This document shows, one piece after another, positions 41,476 through 53,987 of a stretch of 64,000 nucleotides of DNA. The stretch spans positions 28,954,001 to 29,018,000 of the forward strand of contig OX597822.1 in the NCBI GenBank assembly GCA_951406725.2. Direction: 5' to 3'. The DNA comes from Octopus vulgaris. Lineage: Eukaryota. Position numbers and translations under genes: made by a program. Positions within the stretch are counted from its first letter, which is position 1. The number at the start of each line of letters is the position of its first letter. The notes under the pieces were generated by a model. The model searched no databases. It was given only the letters and a program-made list of their open reading frames with translations, and had not been told where the DNA came from.

Positions 41476-42769
41476 CCCTTTCGTTACTAACCCGGCCGTA
41501 GCCGCCCGAAAAATTTTTTGGTTCAAAGTACCAACCCGGCCATACCCGGCCGTTAGAACCCATTGTTATTTAAATGTAAATTTGAACCCAAATCTCGTTG
41601 GTACATTCGTTAAAGCATGTGATTTCACATTGTAAATAGTTAAGTTATAATATCCGACATTGCTTGAAGTGATATCTCAACTCAGTGAATTTTGGGAGAT
41701 TTTTTTCCACATGTTTTACGGCATCGATTTTTCTTCAACTTTGAAAATGGATAGGAGTTTCATGTTATCAAGCATTGATTCCGAATTTAAAGCTTTGTCA
41801 ACGGAAAATAGGGAGATATCGAGAAAAAGAATGAAATAGGTACTAAAGCACGTGGTGTACAAAATAATGAATATTTTTTTATCCGAAAATGAAAGCAGCG
41901 CCTTCCGAAGAAACAAAGCGGCGAAGGCGACAGCGAAGACGATTTTACATCGGAATGAAGTAAAAAAAACTCTTAAAATATTTTTATTAGCAATTTTTCT
42001 GAAGAGATAAAGTTTATCTATAGCCTTTCTTAGGAAGTGAAACCATTAGACTTTTATTTTTTTCAGTATGCTAGTTTGAAGCAATCACTTCGGAAACAAA
42101 CTTACGCAGATTGTAAACAAACCCAAAATCGGGGTTCAAAGTTTGGGAAATTTGTGAAGCAAATACTGGGTACTGCGTGGATTTAGTTTTTATACAGGAA
42201 AAATAATGTTAGTCAGCATGGCCTAGGGAACGATGTGGTCTGGAATTTATCACTTCCATACCATAACCAGGGCCATATATTATTTTTTGACCGATTTCTT
42301 TTGTTCGGTCAAACTTACGGTGGATTCCAATATTTCACTTTATTCCACCTTTATGGTACACCTGTTGTGCATTAAATTCAACTGATGATCTAGTGATGTG
42401 CACAATTCTTCTTTATCAAAATTTTGTTGCATACCCATTTGAATATTAGCTGATGATTCATTTTCTATAGTGATGTTTAAACAAAATTTTAATTTTTTAC
42501 CTTTTGCTCAATTTAAAATTTTAATATTTTTACCTTTTGCTCAATTTACCTGGATTTACCTGTAATTAAAGTCACTTTGAGACAAAAGTTATGCAATAGA
42601 ATTGATTAAGAACCCTTTCTTTAATTATGTTCCAAATATCACATTAAAATGTTGATAAGTAAAAAAGTTACAGTTATTTAATGAAACAAGCCTAAATTCA
42701 TGATTATTTTAGAATTTAATTGAAACTCATGAGGGGTGTATTTTGGTCAGAAATATAGTAACGAAAGGG
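41476..42769. mobile_element. Non-autonomous piggyBac element, copy 2
   Basis: TTAA TSDs, same 14-bp TIRs and highly similar internal sequence to 28361-29762, same orientation. Confidence 0.92.
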
Positions 42770-43079
42770 TTAACAGAATTTTTGAACTTACCATATATTT
42801 TACCTTATACTTCCACTGTAAATTCTAACACTAAAAATATCTAACTGAAACTTCAATTTGGTTCAGTTGTCAAAACTTTTTGGCATCAATTACAGAATAA
42901 ATTCCATTTCAAATAATTTTAAAATAACATTTGTTCCCAAATATGTACTATTTTACCAAAATGGAATGTTTTATCAAAACTAGAGATTCATCAGGAAACC
43001 TTAACCTTTATATACTTTCCTAAATATACTTATTCCATGTTATCTTAATATACTTATTGTATGTTTTTATTTTTTTTAC

Positions 43080-43112
<33 letters not shown>

Positions 43113-43522
43113 TAAATAAATAAATGCACACACACACACACACAGGCAACACTTAAGCACATTGGGCAAAATGCTAAGCATTTGTCTCGGCTCATTACAT
43201 TAAAGAGGATAAACTATAAGTAGTCTTATAGCAGCATCTTGTTAGATAAAACCTTTACCATCATTATCAGAATATCATCAATCAAGAGCTTTCTGTTCGC
43301 TTACAGCTTTTTTGAGGTTTTTTTTTTAATGGTTATCTCACATTTCTTGCCAAAAGTTCATTATGCTTTCACAGCAATCTCATTCAGAGCAATGAGTGTT
43401 TCAGAAAACCAAAAATCTGGTTTGTATCAGAATGAAGGTGTATCTAATTTCTGTGACTTTAATATGTAGAAAGCAATAGGTTGTATTCTTTGAGACAAAA
43501 AGATTATGAAAATGTTACTCAC

Positions 43523-43655
43523 CGGCCATTATAGCGGTATGCTGTTGGGCCACCACGCCTATTATCATAGCTGTAGCTATTAGCACCCCTATTGCTTGGA
43601 GGGTAGTTAGTATTGTAGTATCGGTTAGCTTGAGGTTGGTAATTGCGGTCATAAT
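43523..43655 (-). CDS. DDX3: DDX3 N-terminal Y/N/R/G-rich exon (YDRNYQPQANRYYNTNYPPSNRGANSYSYDNRRGGPTAYRYNG)
   Basis: T-rich CAG acceptor, GTGAGT donor; phase 1-2 links upstream phase-1 exons to 41240. Confidence 0.88.
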
Positions 43656-46442
43656 CTGAGAAAAAAAATTTCGATATAGGTAATTTTGAATTAGATATAC
43701 AAAAATTTCCACAAAAGTTTTACTACAAAATCTTTAAAAAGTTTAAAACTGCAGCTTAATACTTTATTTTAAAAATTCAAGGTCATTTAAATTGTAAACT
43801 ATTTTGGAAAATACAATTCACCTTACAAATAAAATAAATAAAAGCAGCATTTGCACACAAGAACACACCTTTGGAGAAGGAATATCTTGGAGCAGATATA
43901 TTTGTATTTTAAGCTTAAAATTCAATGAAAGAAGTTATGAAGAGAATCAACTTAATCTTAAACCATTATGTCAATGCAGAAAACTATCACCTGTACCATT
44001 TCCTATATCTCATTTGCCGGAAGAACAAAACATTTTAGCAGAAAAACCCTGCCTTGTATAAAATAGTACGACTTGGTGAGAAGTAACAGTATTATAAGCC
44101 AATATGGTTACAAACTTACCACCAGATGAAAATTTAACAGTAAAATAGAGAGGCAATCAATTACCTAGTCAAACATTAATATGGGAAATGAAATACATCT
44201 CAAACAATGCTCTGTCTATATCAACTGTTTTGATAAATGGCCTAAACCTTATGTTCTGCAGCCAGCCATCAAAATAAAATATTCACAGAAGCACATCACA
44301 ATAGATTTGTGAATACAAAATATAAATGAAATTGCTGTTCCTCAAAGCAAATCAAAGTCCTGCGAATGTTAACTAAGCGTATTTCTGAACTTGAAATTTA
44401 TTATACTGCTGAAATTTCTACATTAGAGATGCCAAATATACCTCAAGGTAACAGTCACAAATTACAAATCAATAACTGAGCATAAGACTTAAACTACAAT
44501 TTCAAAGAGAAACCAAACAAATATTTCACTTTCTACTTATAATGAAAAACTTTAAAAGACTGCTCAATTACAAGTTTTAAAGTTTTGATTTACAACAACA
44601 AACCATTTGTATACAATATTTATATTAAACTACATCATGTGGCATTATTTATATTACACTGACTCTACAGAAAACAAGAACTTCGAAAAAGTCACAGAGA
44701 AAATTAGTGAACACCATGTAGATGCACAGAAATTGGAAGATGGATCTCAGCAATCATTTTATCTATTTTCAAATAGATAAAAAAGCAGTATTGAGAACTT
44801 AAATGAGTTCTTATGTGTTTGTTGCACAAAACTAGATTGTGTTAGTTCCAATAAGTTCAAATATTATTTTCTGAAATTTAACAATGTAGCAGTAAAACAT
44901 CAGGCTTCACAACTTGTGAGAGCAAAATGTAAACTAAATTATTCAACACCCAGTTGCTATAAAATGACTTCAGGATGGTTTTTTTATATTATTTTCATTT
45001 AAAACCTTAAATTACAATACACCATATCTTGAATTACTGCGTAACCTCAATAAAAAATATTTATAGCAAATGGTGATTCTAGAAGAAATGCTACAAATTT
45101 TTATACAAAAATCAAAAATTATTCATTGTTAATATCTCCAAGTCTAAAAATTGCTACAGGAATAATACTTTGAATAGAGGGAATCTTGTTTTTTTTGTTT
45201 TTTTTAACAACTCTCACATTCAAACCCCCAAATAAATATAAATAGAGAAAAAAAAACGTCAATACTCATGCACCATATATACTAAAGATATCTACAAAAA
45301 TAAAGCATGCAAAAAGAAAATGGTAGGACACAAAAAGAAAAATGAATATTTAGGAAAATATTTATTCATATGGTCTTTAAATACTATAGACCAAGTTATT
45401 GAAAAGAATAACTACCAAAACAAAATTGGATTTAGATAATTCTCTTATAAATTAAATTTAAATACTGTTTTGTATTTAAAAAAATCCAAATAATGCAATT
45501 TTATAGCTGCCTTTTTAAAACCAGACTTTCTGAAAGCAAAGTTTCTATGTCTACAAAACATTAGTACTAAGAATGTAGAAGAGGAGCACATGAATTAGCT
45601 GTTTATTCTGTTTAAAATAATTTGCAGTGGAAATTATTCAACTGCCCCCATCCGTGTTCAAAACTGCCTCAAGCATTAACCTAATCAAACCCTTTTTTGT
45701 GATAGCAGAATGTTCTGTGTAACAGTACAAAATATGAAATCATACACTAAAAATTACTTCAAAACAGATTGAGAATAAATTCATTTTTAACTTTTTCTAT
45801 CACTGTCAAACTTGAGAAATGATGCATAACTATTTAATGAGATTTTAATCTGAACATGTGAACAGTGCAGTCCAAATTAAAATCTAAAAATACTTCACTA
45901 AAAACAGTTTTGAGCAGTCTTTCAAAGTTTTTATTTTCATTAAAAACAAAAAAAAATTGAAAATTTAATTTCTAACACAAACAGATCCATCACAAACACT
46001 AAGTACCTAGTCTAGCAAGATTCTAATATTAATGAATCAGAAAAATTAAAACCTTTCTTATTTAAAAATACTTTTCTGCGTATAATGAAAAACTACTAGA
46101 TCATGAAATATGCTCCACAGGTAATCTGAACAAGAATATGTATGAATCTACTAAGCAATAGCTTAGTAAATGTTAAGTTTATAGCTACTTGTAGAGAGCA
46201 AACTGGAAGTAAAAATAATACTCAATGTAATATCTTTAACAGAAGCTATTAACAGAAATAACTAGTTCATGTCCACTCCATGTGAACAATAAAACATGCC
46301 ACAATGGGCAAAAATATACAGACGAATACACATACAACATGTGATTTCATTCAACAACATAAAACATGCATTGCCTTTTTTTTTTTTCATTCAAAGACAT
46401 TTGGTCAGCTGAAGCATACCCAAGGTCACTAAAACAACATAC

Positions 46443-46523
46443 TTGGTTGGCCAAGTCCTTGGGCTGGTAAGCCACCAATATAACCACTTCGTTGAGCAGC
46501 CCCATATGCTCCCAAGAAGTTAT
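46443..46523 (-). CDS. DDX3: Putative symmetric 81-nt cassette exon of DDX3 (NFLGAYGAAQRSGYIGGLPAQGLGQP)
   Basis: TTTCCCACTGTAG acceptor, GTATGT donor, phase 1-1, open frame, GC-rich island in an AT-rich intron. Confidence 0.7.
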
Positions 46524-48808
46524 CTACAGTGGGAAATAAACATATATTACTTATTTGCATTTAAACAGTACCCTAAAATAACAGGGTACCTGGTTTCAAT
46601 AGTAATTTTTAAAATATTTACTTTATGCAAATTTTAGGGCATGGCAATTTTCTTTTATCAATATACAGATTTCAAAGAGATCAAATGCATTTATTTAGTT
46701 TGCAATATTAAAATACAAATCATACTTGAGATCACAGTTGTTGAAATGGTCAATAGAAACTTTTGAAATTAATTGCATTAAATAAAAACAAAATGCTGCA
46801 TTATTAATTATTTAAATTTCTGAAATTCAGGAAACAAAAGTTCTCTAATTCTCAATTTTAAATAAACAGTACAGCTTAAAATTCAAAAGCACAATATTTA
46901 CATCACAACATTCAAATTTTAATTTAAATTTGTAATGACTAAATTTTACTATCATCACAAAAAAAGTGAATGGTTTTAAAATAGGAGACTTCAACTGGAG
47001 TCAGATAATTATCCATATTCTCAACATCCAGTCATACTTCAAATATACTTCATTGGCTATGGTATCACCCAATATTTAATTCTTTAATATTTTATCAGAA
47101 GGAAGTTAGCAAATTTGTGTCAATATCAATAAAATTTGCTTACAATTAATTAGAAGTTTTAGACTATCAACATTTTGGGTGGGGAGGATTCTGACAAATA
47201 TGATTTATTATTGCATCAAAAACGTGAAATACAAAATATAGTTTAAAATATTTAAACACAAGAACACTAATGCATTTCAGCACACTATATACAAAAGGAG
47301 TTTACAAATTGGATTCCAACTTATAAAACATGACCATCTACTCACATAAAGATGACCATCTACTCACATAAAGAAGTTTCCATTCCAACCAACTAAATTT
47401 TTAACTAATACAATTCATACAAAAGGCTGGTTAGGAAATTTAAAAGCAACCAAATCCAGTCATTTATAGCTGAGAATGAAATAAAATCCAAGCTTTTCAA
47501 TAATTTTACTGACAAAGACATTTCATTACAGAAATGTACATTAAGTTGTTTTATTTTAATGAAACAATGAAGCATGAATTATGCAATACCCACCAGTTCC
47601 ACTAAATTAAAAATGTGGAGCAAGATCATCCAAGTGAAAAAACAGCTTTATATGAAAAGCATTTGATTTACCATAAATGGGGGGGGGGGAGTGTGTACGT
47701 GTAAAAACATTTTTAAATGAACATTTAGGATTGTCTATAGGTATAAACAAACTACAAAATATAAACACTAAAACCTTTTCAAGAAAAATTTAAATGTATA
47801 CTATTTAAGTCCTACTTGTTCACAAAAACTTGGTTTGGGTCACTTAGAATGAAGAACTCAAAGTGCTAGATCTAAGTGTCATGGTTTCATTAAAAACAAT
47901 GAGTCCCAAATTATATTTTGTTTTTGTCTAGAAGATGACAGGTTGGGGTGACAGCAAGAAAATAATGATGGTGGTGGTGGTGGTGGTGATGGAGTGGGAA
48001 AGTGGGAGAGGAATAACAATGAGTGATAATGGTGGCGTGACCACAGCAGTGGAGGGAGCCAGTAGAGTTGGAGCTGTAGTGGGTGGCTACAATGATGGAG
48101 AGGATACACTGCTGAATGTAGAAATTTTAGTATTATGACCTTGATTTTTAGACATTTTATTGTTCCCACCTCATAGCTTGAGAAAATTCCAACATCAACA
48201 CATTTGTTGTCCCACCTTTACTGCCAACAACTTACAACCCATAAATGCATCACCACCGTAACTTTTGTACAATCTACACCTCACAACTAAAACCCCATCA
48301 TGATCATTTTAGAAATTACCACACCAACTTCCATCATCAACACTACCACCATGTACTAATATACATAATTCCATTGCCACCACCACATACCTCTTCTTTT
48401 TCAGGAGTACCACCTTTATCACTGTTATCTTGCTCCTATCAATCCAGTTGTCTCTCTGTCCATCAGTTTCTTTCTACGTGCAGCACTTCTATATGTTGTT
48501 AGCCACTAATCTACTCACCACTTAACCCTGCTAGCAACTAATCTCTGATGAGTCTTCAGATGAAACAAAATGTATTTTGCTGGACTCATTGTTTTCAATA
48601 TAAGTTTACATGCATAATGAACATATTTAATAAACATATTTAGATTTGCTATGTAAACAAGGCTCTTTCCGAAGAACAAACCAAGAAAAAGCTCAATTAC
48701 ACAAGTTTCATCTGGTTTTTTGCTAATTTTTCAAGAGTATCTATTCCATTCCACTCTACAGAAAAATAAAGCAGATTACAGATACTTATCAAAAATGCTA
48801 TGAGTAAC

Positions 48809-48916
48809 CTCTTTCAATGCTATCATGAACAGATAAACCGCTCTCCTCAAGGTTGCGCAGGTGCGGGGGCACATAACGCTCTTTAGATGCTGTAGGAGCA
48901 GGAGGAGGAGGAGACC
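48809..48916 (-). CDS. DDX3: DDX3 YVPPHLRN exon, downstream copy (SPPPPAPTASKERYVPPHLRNLEESGLSVHDSIER)
   Basis: TTTTTATAG acceptor, AG|GTTACT donor (weak), 108 nt, phase 1-1; SK.RY.PPHLRN as in DDX3X. Confidence 0.8.
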
Positions 48917-49944
48917 CTATAAAAACAAATTTATAAGTTTCCATTAACTGGGCATTCTTAAAAGGAATGGGAATATAAACTGTTCAAGTAAAACAAAACA
49001 GATTATTACATCTATGCTCAAATAACTAGTCAAAAATAAATTCTGAAAAATCTGAATTTATTTCAAAAATATTAAATATCTTTAATCTGTCTTCAGAAAA
49101 AAATTAACAGTATTGACTTTAAAATTTATCTTTGAAAGGTATTAACTGTTATAAGAAGAAAAGTAATTTTTAAAACTTACTTTCAATTTATCAACAAAAT
49201 TAACTTTCATAATGAAGATGAGTTTATAGAAAAAAAATTACATTTAATTCAAAATAAACAGTTCAAGGATGTGTTTATGCCAGCTACTGAGACAGCATGT
49301 GTGAATATGCAAATAATTGGCAAATGTTACTCAGAGCATTTTTGATTAACTTGTTGGCTTCTTTACCTCTATCTTTCTCTCGAGCAAAACAGATTAGACA
49401 CTTTTGACTTGATAGATCAGTAAAATACAAAACAAGTCTAGCCAAGCCATTCTCTAGTCCATTTCGCAGAGAGAGCCCTGTGGTTAAAACCACAGGATGT
49501 TTGTTCAAGATTAAATACATGTTTAACAGAAAACATGTAAATTTATTTACATGTTTCTCTACATGTAAATAATGTAGCCATACACAGGCATGTGTATATA
49601 TAAGCATATATTTAAGTCGAGAATGATTTTATACTTACAGTGTGGAAAAGCAATAACACTTTTAATTGTGAAAATCATCAGAAAAACAAAGTCTCTTTAA
49701 AATTATCAATTTTATAATTAAACAAAAAAGCTGAAAGGAAAAAACATTAAAGCTTTTAAACTTTACACATTACAAATACTTCATGAAAGCCTTTTTTTTT
49801 TGTTTTTTTTTTTTAAATGATCAAGACTGAAGAGTGAAATATGATGCTGCCCCCTTTATCATCTGGGATTCCACAAATGAAAATTATCTAGAGGTATGAA
49901 AATCTGCCCCCAAAATTGCAATAACTAAAAAGTGATCCACCCAC

Positions 49945-50088
49945 CTCTATTTCTCCGGTCATCACCAGGTGGAATCAAATCTCTTTCAAGGCTATCATGA
50001 ACAGATAAACTTCTCTCCTCATGGTTGCGCAGGTGCGGGGGCACATAACGCTCTTTAGATACTGTAGGAGCAGGAGGAGGAGGAGAAC
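49945..50088 (-). CDS. DDX3: DDX3 YVPPHLRN exon, upstream copy (SPPPPAPTVSKERYVPPHLRNHEERSLSVHDSLERDLIPPGDDRRNR)
   Basis: TTTTTATAG acceptor, AG|GTGGGT donor, 144 nt, phase 1-1, open frame. Confidence 0.8.
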
Positions 50089-53000
50089 CTATAAAAACAA
50101 ATTTATAAGTATTCCATTAAATTGGGCATTCTTAAAAAGAATGGAAAAATAAACTGTTGAAGCCAAACAGAAAACAACAGAATATCACAGAACTAAGTCA
50201 ATGCTTAACTAACACTGAAAGATTTGATCTACTCTCAACAGTGTTGAAATATCTTTAGCCTGTCTTTTTAAAAAAAAAGTAAACATTAGCATTAACTTAA
50301 AAATGTATATCTTTGAAAGGTATCATCAACTGTTATGTAAAAAATGTCATTTTAGAACTGCTTTTAAGTATCTATAGCAGAATTTTAATTTTCGTAGTGA
50401 AATTTGAACTTGTGGGAAAAGAAAATTACATCTGAATGATTCCAATAATTAGTTCAATGAAGTGTTTATGCCAGCTGTTGCTTCAGATAGCGAAAATGCT
50501 GAACAATGGTTAAATTACACAACAAATTTAATGCCTGTAAAGTCTAATTTAATCTATGTTAGGAATTTAAATTAAGTTCTTACATCATATTCACACAAAA
50601 TATTTGAAACCATCTCAAAACACTCTAGTCATGTTAATGGACATTCATTCATGGAGACATTTCCAGGGTTTTTGGTATGGGTTAGTTTAACACCCCTCAA
50701 AAGTAGCACACGGAATTTTTTTTCTCTCTATCTCTTTGTGAGAGAACTATAATAGACTTTCTAAAAACATAATGCACTGAAGTATTTCTAAACCAAACAT
50801 TCGAAATATTGATATCCTTTTTTTTGCTTTGTTTTTTTTTTTTTGTTTGTTTTTCTTTTCACGCTTTGTAGTTTACCACCAATATTCCCACTACGTAAAT
50901 ATACAAGTTTCTGCCAGAAAATCTTTTCTGGCTTTTGTCTGAATAGAAAGGGAGAATGACCAATATGATAAAGAGAGTAATTGTGAGAATATTTAGCAGC
51001 AGGTGGAAAACCAGTCCAACAGCAAGCAACAAAACTTCACTCTAGACAGTCCATTATTAATTAATAAATTAAAACTTCATTAGAGAAAGTCCTTTCAAAT
51101 TTTGAAAAGGAAACAACTGTTCCAGAGATAAGGTCATGTTCAGTTGTTTAAATCCCTTTGAGAAATCTTCCATTAAATCACAGCAAACATTTTATCTTAA
51201 TACCTAAATAAAAAAAAAGCAAATACATAATTTTTCAATGTTAGAATGCAAAATTCATTTAGAATAAACAGTATACTTTACCCAAAAGAATGCTTCAAAT
51301 GAAATTTTTTACTGTTAACATTTTTTCCCCTATGTTTGACTAATGGAGGAAAGCACTTGTTCAGCTCTAAAACAACTGACAGTAAGAGTTACTAAGCAAG
51401 ATTAGTTTTGCTAATGTTCAGCTTTGAAGTATAAAATTTAATATCTGAAGGAAACTGGAATGAATGTGGTATTGTTTTCAGCAAGAAATTTGAAATTTAA
51501 AGAGTAGAACTGACAGGCAGAAGAAAGACAACTGTAATGGTGAAGGCAACAAATTGGCAACTTGAGAGCAGACACTACTTACAATAACAGTGAAAATGTT
51601 GAATTGTATGGCTTCAATCATGTGTATATACACATGCACAAACCCACACCCATACATTTTGAGGTATATTTGTAATTTTAAAATGAACCATTCCTAGTCC
51701 TAAAAATTCAAAGAATGCAGACAAGTTTGAATGAAAATGTTGGTGTTGCAATGATACTTAAATATAAGCATGTGTTACATGGTTATTTGTAAATGAATAA
51801 CCAACTAAGCAGTCCTGTAAATGTTTTTCCTATAGAGGTATAAATTTAAAATATTGCAAAAGAATTATTTCTAACATCTCCATTCCTGAAAGATGTAGAG
51901 TTAAAAGTCAATGAGAAGGTTGCCGAAAGAAAGTCTAAGAATTTAGGAGGAGCAAATGATATAGAATTGTGCATTAAAGGAATTAAATAGATCAACTTAA
52001 GAGCAAGTATAAGGATGTCACTGATATCTAACCAGAGAGAAAAAAAAACATCCACATTAACTGAAAACAGGAGTAGAAACATCTAAGATCCATTTTGTCA
52101 AGTTTGCATAGGTCAGACAGAGTTTGAGGCAAATTTCCAACAGTTGGAGGTTTCCAAACAAGATGATTTCCCCAGTGTTAGACATGTTCTCACAGCATAT
52201 TAACAATGAATGATACTGCTTGTATGACAGTGACAACTATTACATGATATCAAGACTAGGAGACTGGACTGAAACCTACACAAGACAAGTTTCTTTCAGT
52301 TTCTGTCTACCAAATCCACTCACAAGACTTTGGTTGGCCCAGGGCTATACTAAAAGACACCTGCTCAAGAATCTTAAAAGTAAAATTGATCTTAAAAATC
52401 AGAAAAAATAAAATAGGAAAAGTATTTGGCCATTGTATAATGACCTAAATTTTAATAATGGTTTTTCCAAATAGAGTCAACTTGTGTTAATGGCTGGGGT
52501 TTTCCAAATCAAATGACAGCAAAAACAAACATTCTTAATACAAAAACCATAAAATTATCAAAACATTCACCTTAAGAGCCAGAAAAATTGAGTTGCTTTT
52601 AGAAATTACAAATAACTAATACAAAACCTGGATTTAAAATAATTATGCCAATTACAAAAGAACTAAAAGATAGTCATGCTACATGACCCATTCATTAATC
52701 TAACTTGCCCCCTGAGCCTATGGAAAAGAAACCTATTGATTCTACACTGAAAAAGGCAACCCTTTTTACCATAAAGTAACATATATATTAAGGGTAATCA
52801 ATCTGACAAAATAGTGTCAAATTAATATGATGATATCCAAGATTGCAGACCTTAGAAGATGTACTGTTAACCAATGAAAAGGAAACTGTAATAACAATTA
52901 TAAAAGCATTTCTACATTTAATATCTTGATTTTAATTTACACTGAATCAATTTTATTACACCAATGGAATTCTGGAAAAACAAAAACCATCAGGTAGCAT

Positions 53001-53652
53001 TTTTTTTGAGTTCTTTAAGCATCAAGCTGGACAACTGAAAATGCAGATGAATCTAGAACCAAAATTTGGTCCTTGCATATATCAAGTCCACTGTTGAAAT
53101 TGTCACTGGTTGACAATTTCTGCATCAGTTGTTTGCTCATTGGACACAGTCAGTTTGCTTTCAATGAAAGCCAGCTAAAATCATCTTTAAAATCAGAAAA
53201 TAAATTTAAAATAGCAAATTGTAAAAATGACCTAAACTATTAATGGTTTTTCCAAATCAAGTCAATTTGTGTTAATGGCTGGAGGTTTTCCCAATCAGGT
53301 GTCAGCAGAAACAAACATTTGTCTATGCATATGACATATATACACACAGGCATCTACACACGTACATGTCATACACACATGCATGTGTCATACACACACA
53401 TCTATAAATATATGTACACACACAGAGGCATCTACACACGTACGTCATACACACATGCACGTGTCATAAATACACACACACACATATAGGCACAGGAGAG
53501 GCTGTGTGGTAAGTGCTCAATTACCAACCACATGGTTCCAAGATCCGTCCGACTGCATGGCACCTTGGGCAGGGGTTTTATACTATAGACTCGGGCCAAC
53601 CAAAACTTTGAGTAGATTTAGAAGACAGAAACTGAAAGAAGCCATCATATGC

Positions 53653-53687
<35 letters not shown>

Positions 53688-53924
53688 ATATATAGGTGTG
53701 TGTATATGTTTGTCCCCACATTTCTTGAAAATCAATGCTGGTGTGTTTATGTCACTGTAACTTAGTGGTTCAACAAAAGAGACTGAGAATAAGTATTAGG
53801 CTTACAAAGACCTGGGATCAATTTGCTCAACTAAAGGCAGTGCCCCAGCATGGCTGCAGTCAAATGACAAACAAATAAAATAATAAAAGAATACATAAAC
53901 ACGTGTGTGTGTGTGTGTGTATAC

Positions 53925-53950
53925 ACACACCGAAGTCTATACATAGACGG

Positions 53951-53987
<37 letters not shown>

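Noticed and set aside
44110-44170. Consensus donors (GTAAGT, GTAATT) on the DDX3 strand suggesting another cassette exon
   Set aside because: No matching strong acceptor with an open phase-1 frame could be established
51846-52082. Purine-rich, coding-like segment on the plus strand
   Set aside because: Interrupted by a stop and not assignable to a family; probably an old TE fragment
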